DNA of 50,244 bases, taken from assembly GCA_005889295.1 (NCBI GenBank), contig VBEY01000242.1, forward strand, positions 1-50,244, written 5' to 3'. This DNA comes from Chloroflexota bacterium (GTDB taxonomy: Bacteria > Chloroflexota > Limnocylindria > P2-11E). The position numbers and the translations under genes are program-made. Of the stretch, positions 16,508 through 24,791 are shown in pieces. The notes under the pieces were generated by a model. It was given only the letters and a program-made list of their open reading frames with translations, ran no database searches and had not been told where the DNA came from. The number at the start of each line of letters is the position of its first letter. The first letter of the stretch is position 1.

Positions 16508-17998
16508 TTAATGGGAGAGCGGATCGACGACCCGGCCGTTCTCCTTGACTTCCCAGTGGACGTGCGGCCCGGTCGTCGCACCAGTCATGCCGATGAGCGC
16601 GATGGGTTGCCCGCGCGCGACGCGTTCCCCGACGGAGACGAGCGCCGCGGACGTGTGGTAGTAGCAGCTCTCGAACCCTTCGGCGTGCTGCACGCAGACC
16701 CGGCGTCCGCCGACCTGGACCCAGCCGGCCGCATCGATGACGCCGTCGTCCGCAGCCACGATGATCGAGCCGTAGGGCGCGGCGATGTCGATGCCGGTGT
16801 GGTGTCCCTGGAAGAACTGGCTGACCGCGCCGGAGACAGGCCGGACAAAGCGGCGCGAGGCGTCCTCGATGCGGGTCAGGCGCGAGCGCGCGACCGGGTC
16901 GGCGCGCAGGTCGACGCCCTGCCCGCTCGCGACGCCGCACCGATAGAGCTCGAGCTGCGTCTCGTACAACCCAGTCCGGCTGACGCCCGAGAACCAGCGG
17001 CCGTCCGGGCTGAACGAGCGCGTTCCGAAGAGATTCGGGAGCGTCGCGATCCTCTTATCCCCTTCGTCGGTCGGGTCCCACACCGGTATGCGATCGAACA
17101 CGTTTCCGCCGGGCACGGTCGCGGACACCATGCCCACGAGGAGATGTCCGTCGGCGGTCCACCCGTGCACCGTGCCGGTGAAGGTCGAGAGAGGCGCTGA
17201 TTGCTCTCCGATCGCGTCGATGAGCGCGAGCTTGTCGTTCGAACGAACGAGAAGGGTTTCGCCGTGGGGCGCCCACTCGGTGAACGTCGTATCCGGATCG
17301 TCGAGCTTGGTCATCCCGCCTGTGGCGGTCACGCCGACGTACCGCTCCGTGGTGCCATCGAGCGAGTAGCGCGTGACTGTGAATCCTGTCGCGTCCGCGC
17401 TGAAGTACGAATCGTCGCGCGGATAGCGCGGGATGAGATCCGGATCGACGTGGGCGATCGTTCGCGCGACCCCCTCGTGCCAGAGGCGGATCTCATCCGC
17501 GTACCAGAAGTAGAGGTCGTCGCCGTTCCATCGCACTTCTGGAGAGGACGCCTCGATGGTCCCGGCGATCGTGCCGTCGAGATTCACGTACAGGTAGCCA
17601 TCGTCGCGCCAGTAGGAGAGATACGCGCCGGATCCGGACCATTGCGGGTGGCTGCCCTGTCCGATCTCCTGGACCCTCCCGCTCCCCAGGTAGTAGACGC
17701 TGAGACGGAGCTCCTCCTCGTAGCCGGTGATGGTGGTGCGCGAGGGGATCACGGCGATGCGCGACATGGCAACCGCGTTTGAGTCGGGCGACCACGCGAT
17801 GTTGGTGACGTTATCGAGCGCGGGGATCGTCGCGCGGTCGGTGCAGCGCAGCATGTCCACCGGAGCCGACGCGTGGCGCGGATGATCGTCGGCGAGAACG
17901 ATGTCTGCGCTCGGGACCTCGTTTGCTCGGGCTCGCGCGCATCCGGAGAGGACGACGACAAGCATGCAGATAGCCGCGAGACCCTTCCCCCTGCTCAC
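16508..17998 (-). CDS. Lipoprotein with beta-propeller-like N-domain and C-terminal M23 (LytM) peptidase domain
   Basis: Has a lipobox (VVLSGC). The C-terminus reads HHTGIDIAAPYGSIIVAADDGVI...CYYHTS...GMTGATTGPHVHWEV, which carries the M23 HxxxD and HxH zinc motifs. Confidence 0.85.
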   Translation of the reverse strand: MSRGKGLAAICMLVVVLSGCARARANEVPSADIVLADDHPRHASAPVDMLRCTDRATIPALDNVTNIAWSPDSNAVAMSRIAVIPSRTTITGYEEELRLSVYYLGSGRVQEIGQGSHPQWSGSGAYLSYWRDDGYLYVNLDGTIAGTIEASSPEVRWNGDDLYFWYADEIRLWHEGVARTIAHVDPDLIPRYPRDDSYFSADATGFTVTRYSLDGTTERYVGVTATGGMTKLDDPDTTFTEWAPHGETLLVRSNDKLALIDAIGEQSAPLSTFTGTVHGWTADGHLLVGMVSATVPGGNVFDRIPVWDPTDEGDKRIATLPNLFGTRSFSPDGRWFSGVSRTGLYETQLELYRCGVASGQGVDLRADPVARSRLTRIEDASRRFVRPVSGAVSQFFQGHHTGIDIAAPYGSIIVAADDGVIDAAGWVQVGGRRVCVQHAEGFESCYYHTSAALVSVGERVARGQPIALIGMTGATTGPHVHWEVKENGRVVDPLSH

Positions 17999-18088
17999 GC
18001 GATCGATTAAATATGCGGATCGTCGACTGGGGAAGGGCCCGTGCGTATCGAATCGAAAAGTTACTCGAGCGAGCGACCGAGCGACGCG

Positions 18089-18466
18089 TTACGCGCGCGC
18101 TGACGACGAGCGCATCGCGAGGACAAAGACCGCACCGAGCACCAGATGGATGAGGAGTCCTCCGGCAGCTTGCGTAGGAAGATCGCCGACGACGATCTCG
18201 TAGCCGTTGATGAGCAACTCGAGCGCTTGTACGACCACGTTACCGACGAGAAGCGCGCGAAGCGCGCGGCCGGTCGCGTCCCGCGCCATCCAGTTGATGA
18301 CGCCAAGACCAATGAGCGTCGCGCCGACGTCCCGCGCGAGGACCTTGGCGGCGACGGGAGTGGCGACGCCGAAGCCGGCGAGCATCGACTCCGGCGAGAC
18401 GAAGAGCGCGAGCCCGAAAATCAGCGCGGCGACGCCGCCGATCGTGAGCGCGAGGCGGGGACTCAC
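18089..18466 (-). CDS. Four-helix membrane protein, unknown function
   Basis: 125 aa with four hydrophobic segments and high GC3. No motif was recognised. Confidence 0.55.
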   Translation of the reverse strand: MSPRLALTIGGVAALIFGLALFVSPESMLAGFGVATPVAAKVLARDVGATLIGLGVINWMARDATGRALRALLVGNVVVQALELLINGYEIVVGDLPTQAAGGLLIHLVLGAVFVLAMRSSSARA

Positions 18467-18589
18467 GGCGGGAGACTACTCGCCCTCGTTCCAGCTCGGA
18501 TCCCCGTGGACGAGTTCCGGCGTTGAACACCGTAATCCCGCAACCATCGGATGTCGTACCCGCTCTCGCGATGACGCTTGTCCAGTCTG

Positions 18590-18603
18590 GCGGTCCCGAC
18601 CGG
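18590..18603. repeat. Copy of the tRNA-Asp 3'-end sequence (att-like)
   Basis: gcggtcccgaccgg is identical to 20099-20112. A second shared block, tcgaacc, follows after an extra roughly 13 nt. Confidence 0.6.
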
Positions 18604-18717
18604 GATCGGGCCAGAATATCGAACCCTCGGTGCGATCGGAGTAGAGGGCATCGAAGACCTCGTTCGCCTGACGGGCACGGTGACCTGAATCACGAGCAGC
18701 CGTGGTTTGGCCACATG

Positions 18718-19995
18718 TCATGAGTTCGCGGTCCACGAGTCGCGGAGAGTTCGGATAGGCGACGCCGCCACGGCGATGAATGGCAGCACCGCGACGCTGG
18801 CAGCGAAGAACATCGCTTCGCGCAGGCCGAATGCTCCTGCGAGTGCGCCCCCGAGAAGGGTTCCAAGCGGGAATGCGCCGGTCCCGGCGGTTGTGGTCAG
18901 GCCGATAACGCGTCCTTGCAGCCGGTCCGGTACAAGTGCTTGCCTGACGCTCGTCGCTGACACGCCATAGAGCGAGCGCGCGAGACTCTCGAGGGTCCAG
19001 CCCACGGTGACGAACACGATCGCGGTCTGTCCGGTGGCGGTGGCCATCAGGAGGGTCGCCGGGCCGAACAGGAAGAAGGACGCGACGACAACACGCCCCA
19101 CCCCGGCGCGCTGAGCGATCCTGTGCGCGAACGCCGCGCCAATCACTCCGCCGACTTGTCCGAGCGAGAGAACTACGCCGAGGGTGCCCGGCATCAGCCC
19201 GAGCACTCGCACCGCGTAGACGATCACGATCGCCCACAGAAGACCCAAAGCGAGATTCGCAAGAGCGTGCCCGACCAGGAGCGGCCGCAGGTATGGGTCG
19301 GAGAGCAGGTACCTTGCAGCCTGGCGAAGTTCAGTTCGCAGCGATGTCATCTTCGGCTGCGGCTCGCGCTGGACCTGGTCGCGTGCGTTGGCTGAGGCGA
19401 TGAGCGATCCAGAGATGAGGAACGAGGCGGCGTCGACCACGATCGCCATCGGCGCGCTGAGAAGCGTCACGAGGGCGCCGCCGATGCTCGGGCCCGCCGC
19501 CTGCGCCACGACGATCGCCGCCTGCAGTTTCGCATTCGCCTCGACCAGTTGCACACGCGGCACGACGGAGGGCAAGTAGGCCCCGGATGCGATGTCGAAG
19601 AGAACGTTGAGCGAGCCACCGATGAGCGCGACCAGGTAGAGCTGCGGGAGACTGAGCACGCCGAACACATACGCGACCGGCACAGACGCAAGCACGACGG
19701 CCCGGCCGAAGTCCGCGGCGACCATCACCGGACGCCGCTGCACACGATCGAGCCAGATACCGGCCGCGATCCCGAGCGCAAGATTCGGGACCGTTGCCGC
19801 CGTCGCCAACGCGGCGACCTCGAATGCGCTCGCGTGAAGCACCAGAATCGCCGTCAGCGGGAGCGCAAGGAGAGTCACCTGAGTGCCCGCAGCACTGATC
19901 CCTGCGGCGGTCCACAGCCGCACGAAATCGTGGTGCCGCCAGAGTCCCGCCGGCCGCCATGCACGCACTTTCTTCGCGAACTCTTTCCCAGTCAT
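18718..19995 (-). CDS. MFS transporter (EntS/MFS_3-like)
   Basis: The start is trimmed to the ATG at 19995 (MTGKEFAKKVRAWRP...HHDFVRLWTAAGISAAGTQVTLLALP) and about 12 TM helices follow. The first 60 codons of track ORF 18718-20175 are the reverse complement of a tRNA. Confidence 0.85.
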   Translation of the reverse strand: MTGKEFAKKVRAWRPAGLWRHHDFVRLWTAAGISAAGTQVTLLALPLTAILVLHASAFEVAALATAATVPNLALGIAAGIWLDRVQRRPVMVAADFGRAVVLASVPVAYVFGVLSLPQLYLVALIGGSLNVLFDIASGAYLPSVVPRVQLVEANAKLQAAIVVAQAAGPSIGGALVTLLSAPMAIVVDAASFLISGSLIASANARDQVQREPQPKMTSLRTELRQAARYLLSDPYLRPLLVGHALANLALGLLWAIVIVYAVRVLGLMPGTLGVVLSLGQVGGVIGAAFAHRIAQRAGVGRVVVASFFLFGPATLLMATATGQTAIVFVTVGWTLESLARSLYGVSATSVRQALVPDRLQGRVIGLTTTAGTGAFPLGTLLGGALAGAFGLREAMFFAASVAVLPFIAVAASPIRTLRDSWTANS

Positions 19996-20099
19996 GCGAG
20001 CGCGCTGTCTGCAGCGACTCCGGCCCGGCGGCCGCGGTGGAAGCGCCAATTGAGCGTCGCGATCCGTGAGGGCCGGATCATCTGACAAGTTCGATACTG

Positions 20100-20173
20100 C
20101 GGTCCCGACCGGATTCGAACCGGCGATCTCGTCCTTGACAGGGACGTATGCTAGGCCGCTGCACCACGGGACC
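20100..20173 (-). tRNA. tRNA-Asp (anticodon GTC)
   Basis: The minus-strand sequence is GGTCCCGTGGTGCAGCGGCCTAGCATACGTCCCTGTCAAGGACGAGATCGCCGGTTCGAATCCGGTCGGGACCG. It folds as a 74-nt cloverleaf. The acceptor stem is 7 bp (GGTCCCG/CGGGACC), the anticodon loop is CTGTCAA and the T-loop is TTCGAAT. CCA is not encoded. Confidence 0.9.
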
Positions 20174-20223
20174 AATCAAGAAGAAAGCGCGCTTTCGCGC
20201 TCTCCCCTCACTCCATTATGAAG

Positions 20224-20262
20224 AAAAAGAGGCGGCGAGTGCGCTTCCTTTCACTCGCCGCC
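20224..20262 (-). terminator. Intrinsic terminator of the lexA-dinB operon
   Basis: The stems GGCGGCGAGTG (20231-20241) and CACTCGCCGCC (20252-20262) form an 11-bp pairing with a 10-nt loop. On the minus strand the hairpin is followed by CTCTTTTTCTTC. It lies 25 nt after the orf140 stop. Confidence 0.65.
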
Positions 20263-20286
20263 CCGCCGGTGTGGCCCAACTGATGT

Positions 20287-20709
20287 TCAGCTCGCTACGA
20301 GGAGCTCTCCCCGCAGCGGCTGGTCCCCAACGCGCACTTGCCGCGCGACCTCGTTCGCGATACGGCTCGTCTTCGCGAGGCCGCTAAGCGCGAGGTCAAG
20401 ACCGACCTCGCGGAGCTCCTCGTATCCGAGTCCCCGATAGAGCTTGTTCGACGCCACGTAACACATCTCGTCATACAGGAACGGCCATTCCACAGCTCGC
20501 CGCGACAAGCAGAACGAGATGAAATCGATCGCTACCTGTGCGACTCGCTCTTCGGGCACCCCTTCCTTCCCCTTCGCCTTGTCGGCCCCGCGCATCATCG
20601 TCACGTCGTCGTCCGCGAACAAGACGATCTGTCCACGAACTTCTCCACAGACTTCTCCACAAACCCGCACCGCGTAATCCACAGCAAAATCCACACGTGT
20701 GGTGGTCAT
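20287..20709 (-). CDS. Hypothetical 140-aa protein translationally coupled to dinB
   Basis: Its ATG overlaps the dinB stop as ATGA. It has more A/T-ending codons than its neighbours. A 12-nt tandem duplication encodes VCGEVCGEV. No family was recognised. Confidence 0.6.
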   Translation of the reverse strand: MTTTRVDFAVDYAVRVCGEVCGEVRGQIVLFADDDVTMMRGADKAKGKEGVPEERVAQVAIDFISFCLSRRAVEWPFLYDEMCYVASNKLYRGLGYEELREVGLDLALSGLAKTSRIANEVARQVRVGDQPLRGELLVAS

Positions 20710-21911
20710 CGGAACCTCTGTCCGCTGAAGCGACGACGCTCTTTTGCTTCGCGGGCGCCCGCACGATCGAGTGCGCCGTCTCCGAAACGGGCGCGAACCG
20801 CGTCCAACGCGGCGTTGAGACGCGCGTGACGCGCGGCGTCGAACAATCCGAGTTGCTCTCCCGCGGTCACGCCCGAGACCGAAACGCCGACGAGCCTGAC
20901 CGGACTGGTGCGGCCGCCTTCGCGGTCCTCGGCCAGCGCCTGGCGTAGGAGCTGTCGAGCGATTCGGTAGATGGTGAGGTCGTCATCGGTTGACTCGCGA
21001 AGCGTGCGCTGTCTTGTTCGAGTCTCGAACGGAGCGACACGCAGCGTCATGGTGATCGTCCGGCCGCGCAGGGCGTGATCGCGTAGCCGCCGGCCGACGC
21101 CTTCTGAAAGGCGGAGGAGCGTCGATTCGATCTTCGCCGGATCGAGGGTGTTCTGGTCGAAGGTGTGCGAGTGGCCGACCGATTTCGGTATGTGCTCGCT
21201 GTGCACCTCGCCCTCGTCGATCCCGTTCGCGCGCTCCCAGATGTCGGCTCCATGCTCTCCCAGACGGCTTTCGAGCACCGAGCGGTCGAAGGCCGCCAGC
21301 TGGCCGATCGTCCGAAGGTCCCAACCGCTCAGAACTTCGCGCGTCCGGGGACCCACCCCCCAGAGCCGTTCCAGCGGAAGCGGCGCGAGGAACGCGGCCT
21401 CGCCGCCGGCCGGCACGACAACGAGACCGTCCGGCTTGCGGAGATCGGAGCCAACCTTCGCGCAGAGCTTGTTCGTTGCGACGCCGACGGACACCACCAG
21501 ACCGCAGCGTTCTCGCACCGCCCGCTTGATCTGCGCGGCCATGGCGATCGCTCCGCCGAAGAGATGCTCGGTCGCGGTGACATCGAGGAACGCCTCATCC
21601 AGGGAGATTGGCTCAACTAGCGGTGTCTGCTCCTCGAAGATCGCCATGACCGCGTCGGACGCCTCGAGGTACCGATCGAAGTTGCCCGGGACGTAGATTC
21701 CATCCGGGCAGAGCCGTCCGGCGATCGCAAGAGGCATTGCGGAGCGGACGCCGAACGCACGCGCCTCGTACGAGGCGGCCATCACGACCCCTCGTTCGTT
21801 TGGGCCGTCGCCGCCGACGATCACCGGCTTGCCGCGGTACTCCGGATGATCGCGCTGCTCGACGGATGCGTAGAACGCGTCGAGGTCGCAGTGCAGGATC
21901 GCGCGCGTCAT
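20706..21911 (-). CDS. dinB: DNA polymerase IV (Y-family translesion polymerase)
   Basis: Begins MTRAILHCDLDAFYASVEQRDHPEYRGKPVIVGG and continues ...SYEARAFGVRSAMP...EPISLDEAFLDVT...SVGVATNKLCAKVGSDLRKPDG. The start is the ATG at 21911 inside the composite track ORF 20706-23102. Confidence 0.95.
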   Translation of the reverse strand: MTRAILHCDLDAFYASVEQRDHPEYRGKPVIVGGDGPNERGVVMAASYEARAFGVRSAMPLAIAGRLCPDGIYVPGNFDRYLEASDAVMAIFEEQTPLVEPISLDEAFLDVTATEHLFGGAIAMAAQIKRAVRERCGLVVSVGVATNKLCAKVGSDLRKPDGLVVVPAGGEAAFLAPLPLERLWGVGPRTREVLSGWDLRTIGQLAAFDRSVLESRLGEHGADIWERANGIDEGEVHSEHIPKSVGHSHTFDQNTLDPAKIESTLLRLSEGVGRRLRDHALRGRTITMTLRVAPFETRTRQRTLRESTDDDLTIYRIARQLLRQALAEDREGGRTSPVRLVGVSVSGVTAGEQLGLFDAARHARLNAALDAVRARFGDGALDRAGAREAKERRRFSGQRFR

Positions 21912-23041
21912 GCGAACCGCACTCCGACGGTTTTCGCCTCCGGCGCGAGAAACGAGAGCAGCGCACGGGCCTCGGTCGCAACGGCCGCCCGCTCTTTCGG
22001 TGCGAGGCGCCTGAATGGCGACACGCGCAACACGGCCTCGTCCCTCGTGTGGGTGAGGGCCCAGGTCCCGGCCGCGAAGCCATCCACCATCACCACGGCC
22101 TCGACGATCGCGTTCTTTGCGTAGACCGCGCGCCGATGAGCCGGCGCGATGACGCGGTCGCGGTGCTGGTAGCTGATGAGGAGCTCGTCGTACCGTGGGA
22201 GAAAGCGGACCGGGGCCGGGAGATCGGCGGCGGGACGCGGGGCCCGCGGGAGGTCGTACAGCACGCGGCCGTCCCCGTCGCTGAAGGTCCTGAGCTTCGG
22301 AGCGATCCGCTCGAGCGTCGGACGAACGCGGGGCGGTACCTGCCCCGCGAACTTGGCGATATCCGCGAGTGTGGCCGGCCCGAACGCGGCGAGACCGCGC
22401 CGCACCAGGATCTCGAGGGCGTCGTTCTCGGACGGGCGCTCTCCCTCCGCGATCCAGTGCCGCGCGGCGACGTACGGCGCGTCCGTGCCGCCGTAGCCCC
22501 AGTGCCCGCCGGGCGGGGCGCTCACCAGGTCCGCATGCGCACTCACGAAGCGCCAGACGAGCCAGTTGAACGGACCCCCCAACTTTCCTCCGATGCGCGC
22601 CCGGAGGTGCTCGAGCACCTCCTCCTTCGGGCGAGGGTGGCGGGCGAACTCGATCGCGAGGGCGGCGACCTTCTTTGGGTCGACGCCGCGCCCGATCTGG
22701 AGGCGATTCCACGCGCCGCGTTGCAGGTCCTGCGTCGCGACCGCGTACGCGTAGAAATCGCGCGCGGAGACGAGATGAAGGGTGCCGCGCATGAGCCTTG
22801 CGCGGATCACCTCGTGCCGTTCGATCGCCGACCAGAGCTTCTCGCGTCGAAAGCCTTCGAGTCGTGACCACAGCGCGATGTACGGTGACGGCGCCCACTG
22901 CGCCTGCAGCGCCGCGAGACGCTCGATCGCCGCGACGACGCCGATCCGCGCGCGCTCGAGGAGCAGCTGCCGCGCCAGCATCGCGCGGTTCAGCTCTCGG
23001 AGGGTCAGGACGGGCCGCTCCTGGCCGCTCGGCTTTGTCAT
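21908..23041 (-). CDS. Winged-helix HTH_42 (AlkZ/YcaQ-like) putative DNA glycosylase, paralog 2
   Basis: 377 aa. Reads LTLRELNRAMLARQLLLERA...IERLAALQAQWAPSPYIALWSRLEGF...MRGTLHLVSARDF...FLPRYDELLISY, the typical DUF1006/HTH_42 layout. A Q-x-Q motif (QAQ) sits at the AlkZ catalytic position. Confidence 0.75.
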   Translation of the reverse strand: MTKPSGQERPVLTLRELNRAMLARQLLLERARIGVVAAIERLAALQAQWAPSPYIALWSRLEGFRREKLWSAIERHEVIRARLMRGTLHLVSARDFYAYAVATQDLQRGAWNRLQIGRGVDPKKVAALAIEFARHPRPKEEVLEHLRARIGGKLGGPFNWLVWRFVSAHADLVSAPPGGHWGYGGTDAPYVAARHWIAEGERPSENDALEILVRRGLAAFGPATLADIAKFAGQVPPRVRPTLERIAPKLRTFSDGDGRVLYDLPRAPRPAADLPAPVRFLPRYDELLISYQHRDRVIAPAHRRAVYAKNAIVEAVVMVDGFAAGTWALTHTRDEAVLRVSPFRRLAPKERAAVATEARALLSFLAPEAKTVGVRFA

Positions 23042-24156
23042 CCGCGCACCGCGTGGGTCTTTGAGTCGGGAGCGTAGAAATGGACGAGCTTCTCGCCCTC
23101 ATCGACGAGCGCGGCCCGGTCGGCGCGGGCCAGCGGCTTGAATGGCTTGAGCTCCAAAACCGATTCCTTCGGCCGTACCGCGATCGTCCAGCGGCCCGCG
23201 ACGAAGCCGTCGATGAGGAAGGTGGGCCAGACCTCTGCCGAGAAGATCACTTGCTTGCGGAAGGCCTCGGGCAGAACGCGGGTCCGCTCGGGCGCCGCGT
23301 GGCCGAGGATCGCGGCATCGAACCGCGCCAGGAATCGCGGCGGGGCGACGACCTCGGCGGACGGGCGCGGCGCGCGGGCGAGGTCGATGAGCTCGCGGCC
23401 CCGGTCGTCCGCGAATCGGCGCAGGTCCTTCATGCCCGCGAGCGCCGCTCGGATGTTCGGCACGCGGACGCTGCTCCAGGTCGCGATGTCGGCGACGGTG
23501 GCGGGTCCGAAAGCGCCGAGGTGCCGTCGCACGACGAGCTCGTACGCGGCCGCGGGTTTCGCCGCCTTTCGCAGTTTGGCTGGCGGGGCCACGTGCCGGC
23601 CGAGCTGCCGGTGGTCGAAATGCGCCCCCGCTGCCTCCCAGATGAGCCCGCTCGTGGCTACCGCGGCCCAGCTGAACCAGTTGCGGAGCCGCTCGTTCTT
23701 CGCCGCGCTCGGTGGCAGGTGGTCGGCGATGAACTCCTGGATCTCAACCCGCGTGCGTGGCGTCTTGGCGGCGAAGGTCATAACAGAGCGGTGGAGCTTG
23801 TCGAGATCCGCCAGCGCCGGCCCGCCAGGTGGTCGCCACGCACCGAAGCGTCCTTCCATCGTCGCCAGCGAGTACGCCGGGTACTCCCGCGCAGAGACGA
23901 GGTGCAGCGTCGCCCGCATGAGGGTCGCCTTGACGATCTCGCCGCGGTCGATCGGTCGCGTCAGGTCACTGCGCTCGAATCCCGAGAGCCTCGACCACAG
24001 CGCGACGTACGGGGAGGGGGCCCACTGGCCCTGAAGGCAAGCGAGGCGCTCGACGGCGTCGACCACGCTCAGCCGCTGGCGTCTCAGCAGAAACTGACGC
24101 GCCAGGAGCGCGCGATTCAGCTCACGAAGGGTGAGCGAGGGAACGCGTGCGGGCAT
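23038..24156 (-). CDS. Winged-helix HTH_42 (AlkZ/YcaQ-like) putative DNA glycosylase, paralog 1
   Basis: 372 aa. Reads LTLRELNRALLARQFLLRRQ...VERLACLQGQWAPSPYVALWSRLSGF...MRATLHLVSAREY...FLARFDAAILGH. It is collinear with paralog 2 and carries a QGQ motif. Confidence 0.75.
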   Translation of the reverse strand: MPARVPSLTLRELNRALLARQFLLRRQRLSVVDAVERLACLQGQWAPSPYVALWSRLSGFERSDLTRPIDRGEIVKATLMRATLHLVSAREYPAYSLATMEGRFGAWRPPGGPALADLDKLHRSVMTFAAKTPRTRVEIQEFIADHLPPSAAKNERLRNWFSWAAVATSGLIWEAAGAHFDHRQLGRHVAPPAKLRKAAKPAAAYELVVRRHLGAFGPATVADIATWSSVRVPNIRAALAGMKDLRRFADDRGRELIDLARAPRPSAEVVAPPRFLARFDAAILGHAAPERTRVLPEAFRKQVIFSAEVWPTFLIDGFVAGRWTIAVRPKESVLELKPFKPLARADRAALVDEGEKLVHFYAPDSKTHAVRG

Positions 24157-24168
24157 CGATCGATGAAA

Positions 24169-24780
24169 CTAGGACAGTTTGCGGATGACGCCGATGACCT
24201 TCCCTTGGATCTGCACCTCGCGCGCGAAGATTGGAGACATCGCGCCGTTCGCGGGCTGCAGACGGATGCGGTCCTTCTCTTTGTAGAAGCGCTTCAGCGT
24301 CGCGACGTTGTCCTCGAGCAGCGCCACGACGATGTCCCCATCGCGCGCGGTGCTCTGCTCCTGCACGACGACGAAGTCGCCGTCGTCGATGTGATCCTCG
24401 ATCATCGACTTGCCGCGAACGCGAAGGACGAACGTCTCTCGACCGCGGCCCGCGGCGAGCTCGCTTGGGAGTCCGATCGTTTCGGAGCGCTCCTCGTACG
24501 CGTGGATAGGCTGGCCTGCCGCGATCTCGCCGATGACAGGGGCCTGGACGACCCGACCGCCGTTCATGCCGGGGAGACTCAGCGCTCGCGACCGGGTGGC
24601 CTCCTTGTTGAGGCGCCCGTCCTTCTCGAGCTTGGTGAGGTGGTGGTGGACGGCTGATGTCGAGGCGAGGCCCACGGCCTCGGCGATCTCGCGGACGCTC
24701 GGCGGATAGCCGTGCTCGGAGACAGCCTCACGGATGAACGCCAGGATGCGGTCCGCCCGCTGCTGGTCTTGCTTTGTCAC
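24169..24780 (-). CDS. lexA: LexA repressor
   Basis: 203 aa with a GTG start. Has the HTH SVREIAEAVGLASTSAVHHHLTKLEKDGRL and the Ala-Gly cleavage site in GEIAAGQPI. The S24 peptidase Ser is in RGKSMIED and the Lys in ATLKRF. Confidence 0.95.
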   Translation of the reverse strand: MTKQDQQRADRILAFIREAVSEHGYPPSVREIAEAVGLASTSAVHHHLTKLEKDGRLNKEATRSRALSLPGMNGGRVVQAPVIGEIAAGQPIHAYEERSETIGLPSELAAGRGRETFVLRVRGKSMIEDHIDDGDFVVVQEQSTARDGDIVVALLEDNVATLKRFYKEKDRIRLQPANGAMSPIFAREVQIQGKVIGVIRKLS

Positions 24781-24791
24781 GCTTGGCCGTC

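Noticed and set aside
18467-18717. A possible 81-aa ORF or gene fragment on the minus strand (…NEVFDALYSDRTEGSIFWPDPGRD…)
   Set aside because: Codon usage is mixed and no start context or family was recognised. The frame breaks relative to a second plausible fragment (…GYDIRWLRDYG…). It is treated only as a possible remnant within the tRNA-repeat finding.
19996-20175. N-terminal extension of the MFS ORF (MVPWCSGLAYVPVKDEIAGSNPVG...)
   Set aside because: This stretch is the reverse translation of tRNA-Asp, so the MFS gene was started at the ATG at 19995 instead.
20706-23102. A 798-aa minus-strand ORF in the track, which looks like one giant protein
   Set aside because: Only its C-terminal 401 aa are DinB. 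The upstream 397 codons are Arg/Pro/Gly/Ala-rich. They are simply another frame of the clearly recognisable HTH_42 gene at 21908-23041. This is the usual long spurious frame of high-GC DNA.
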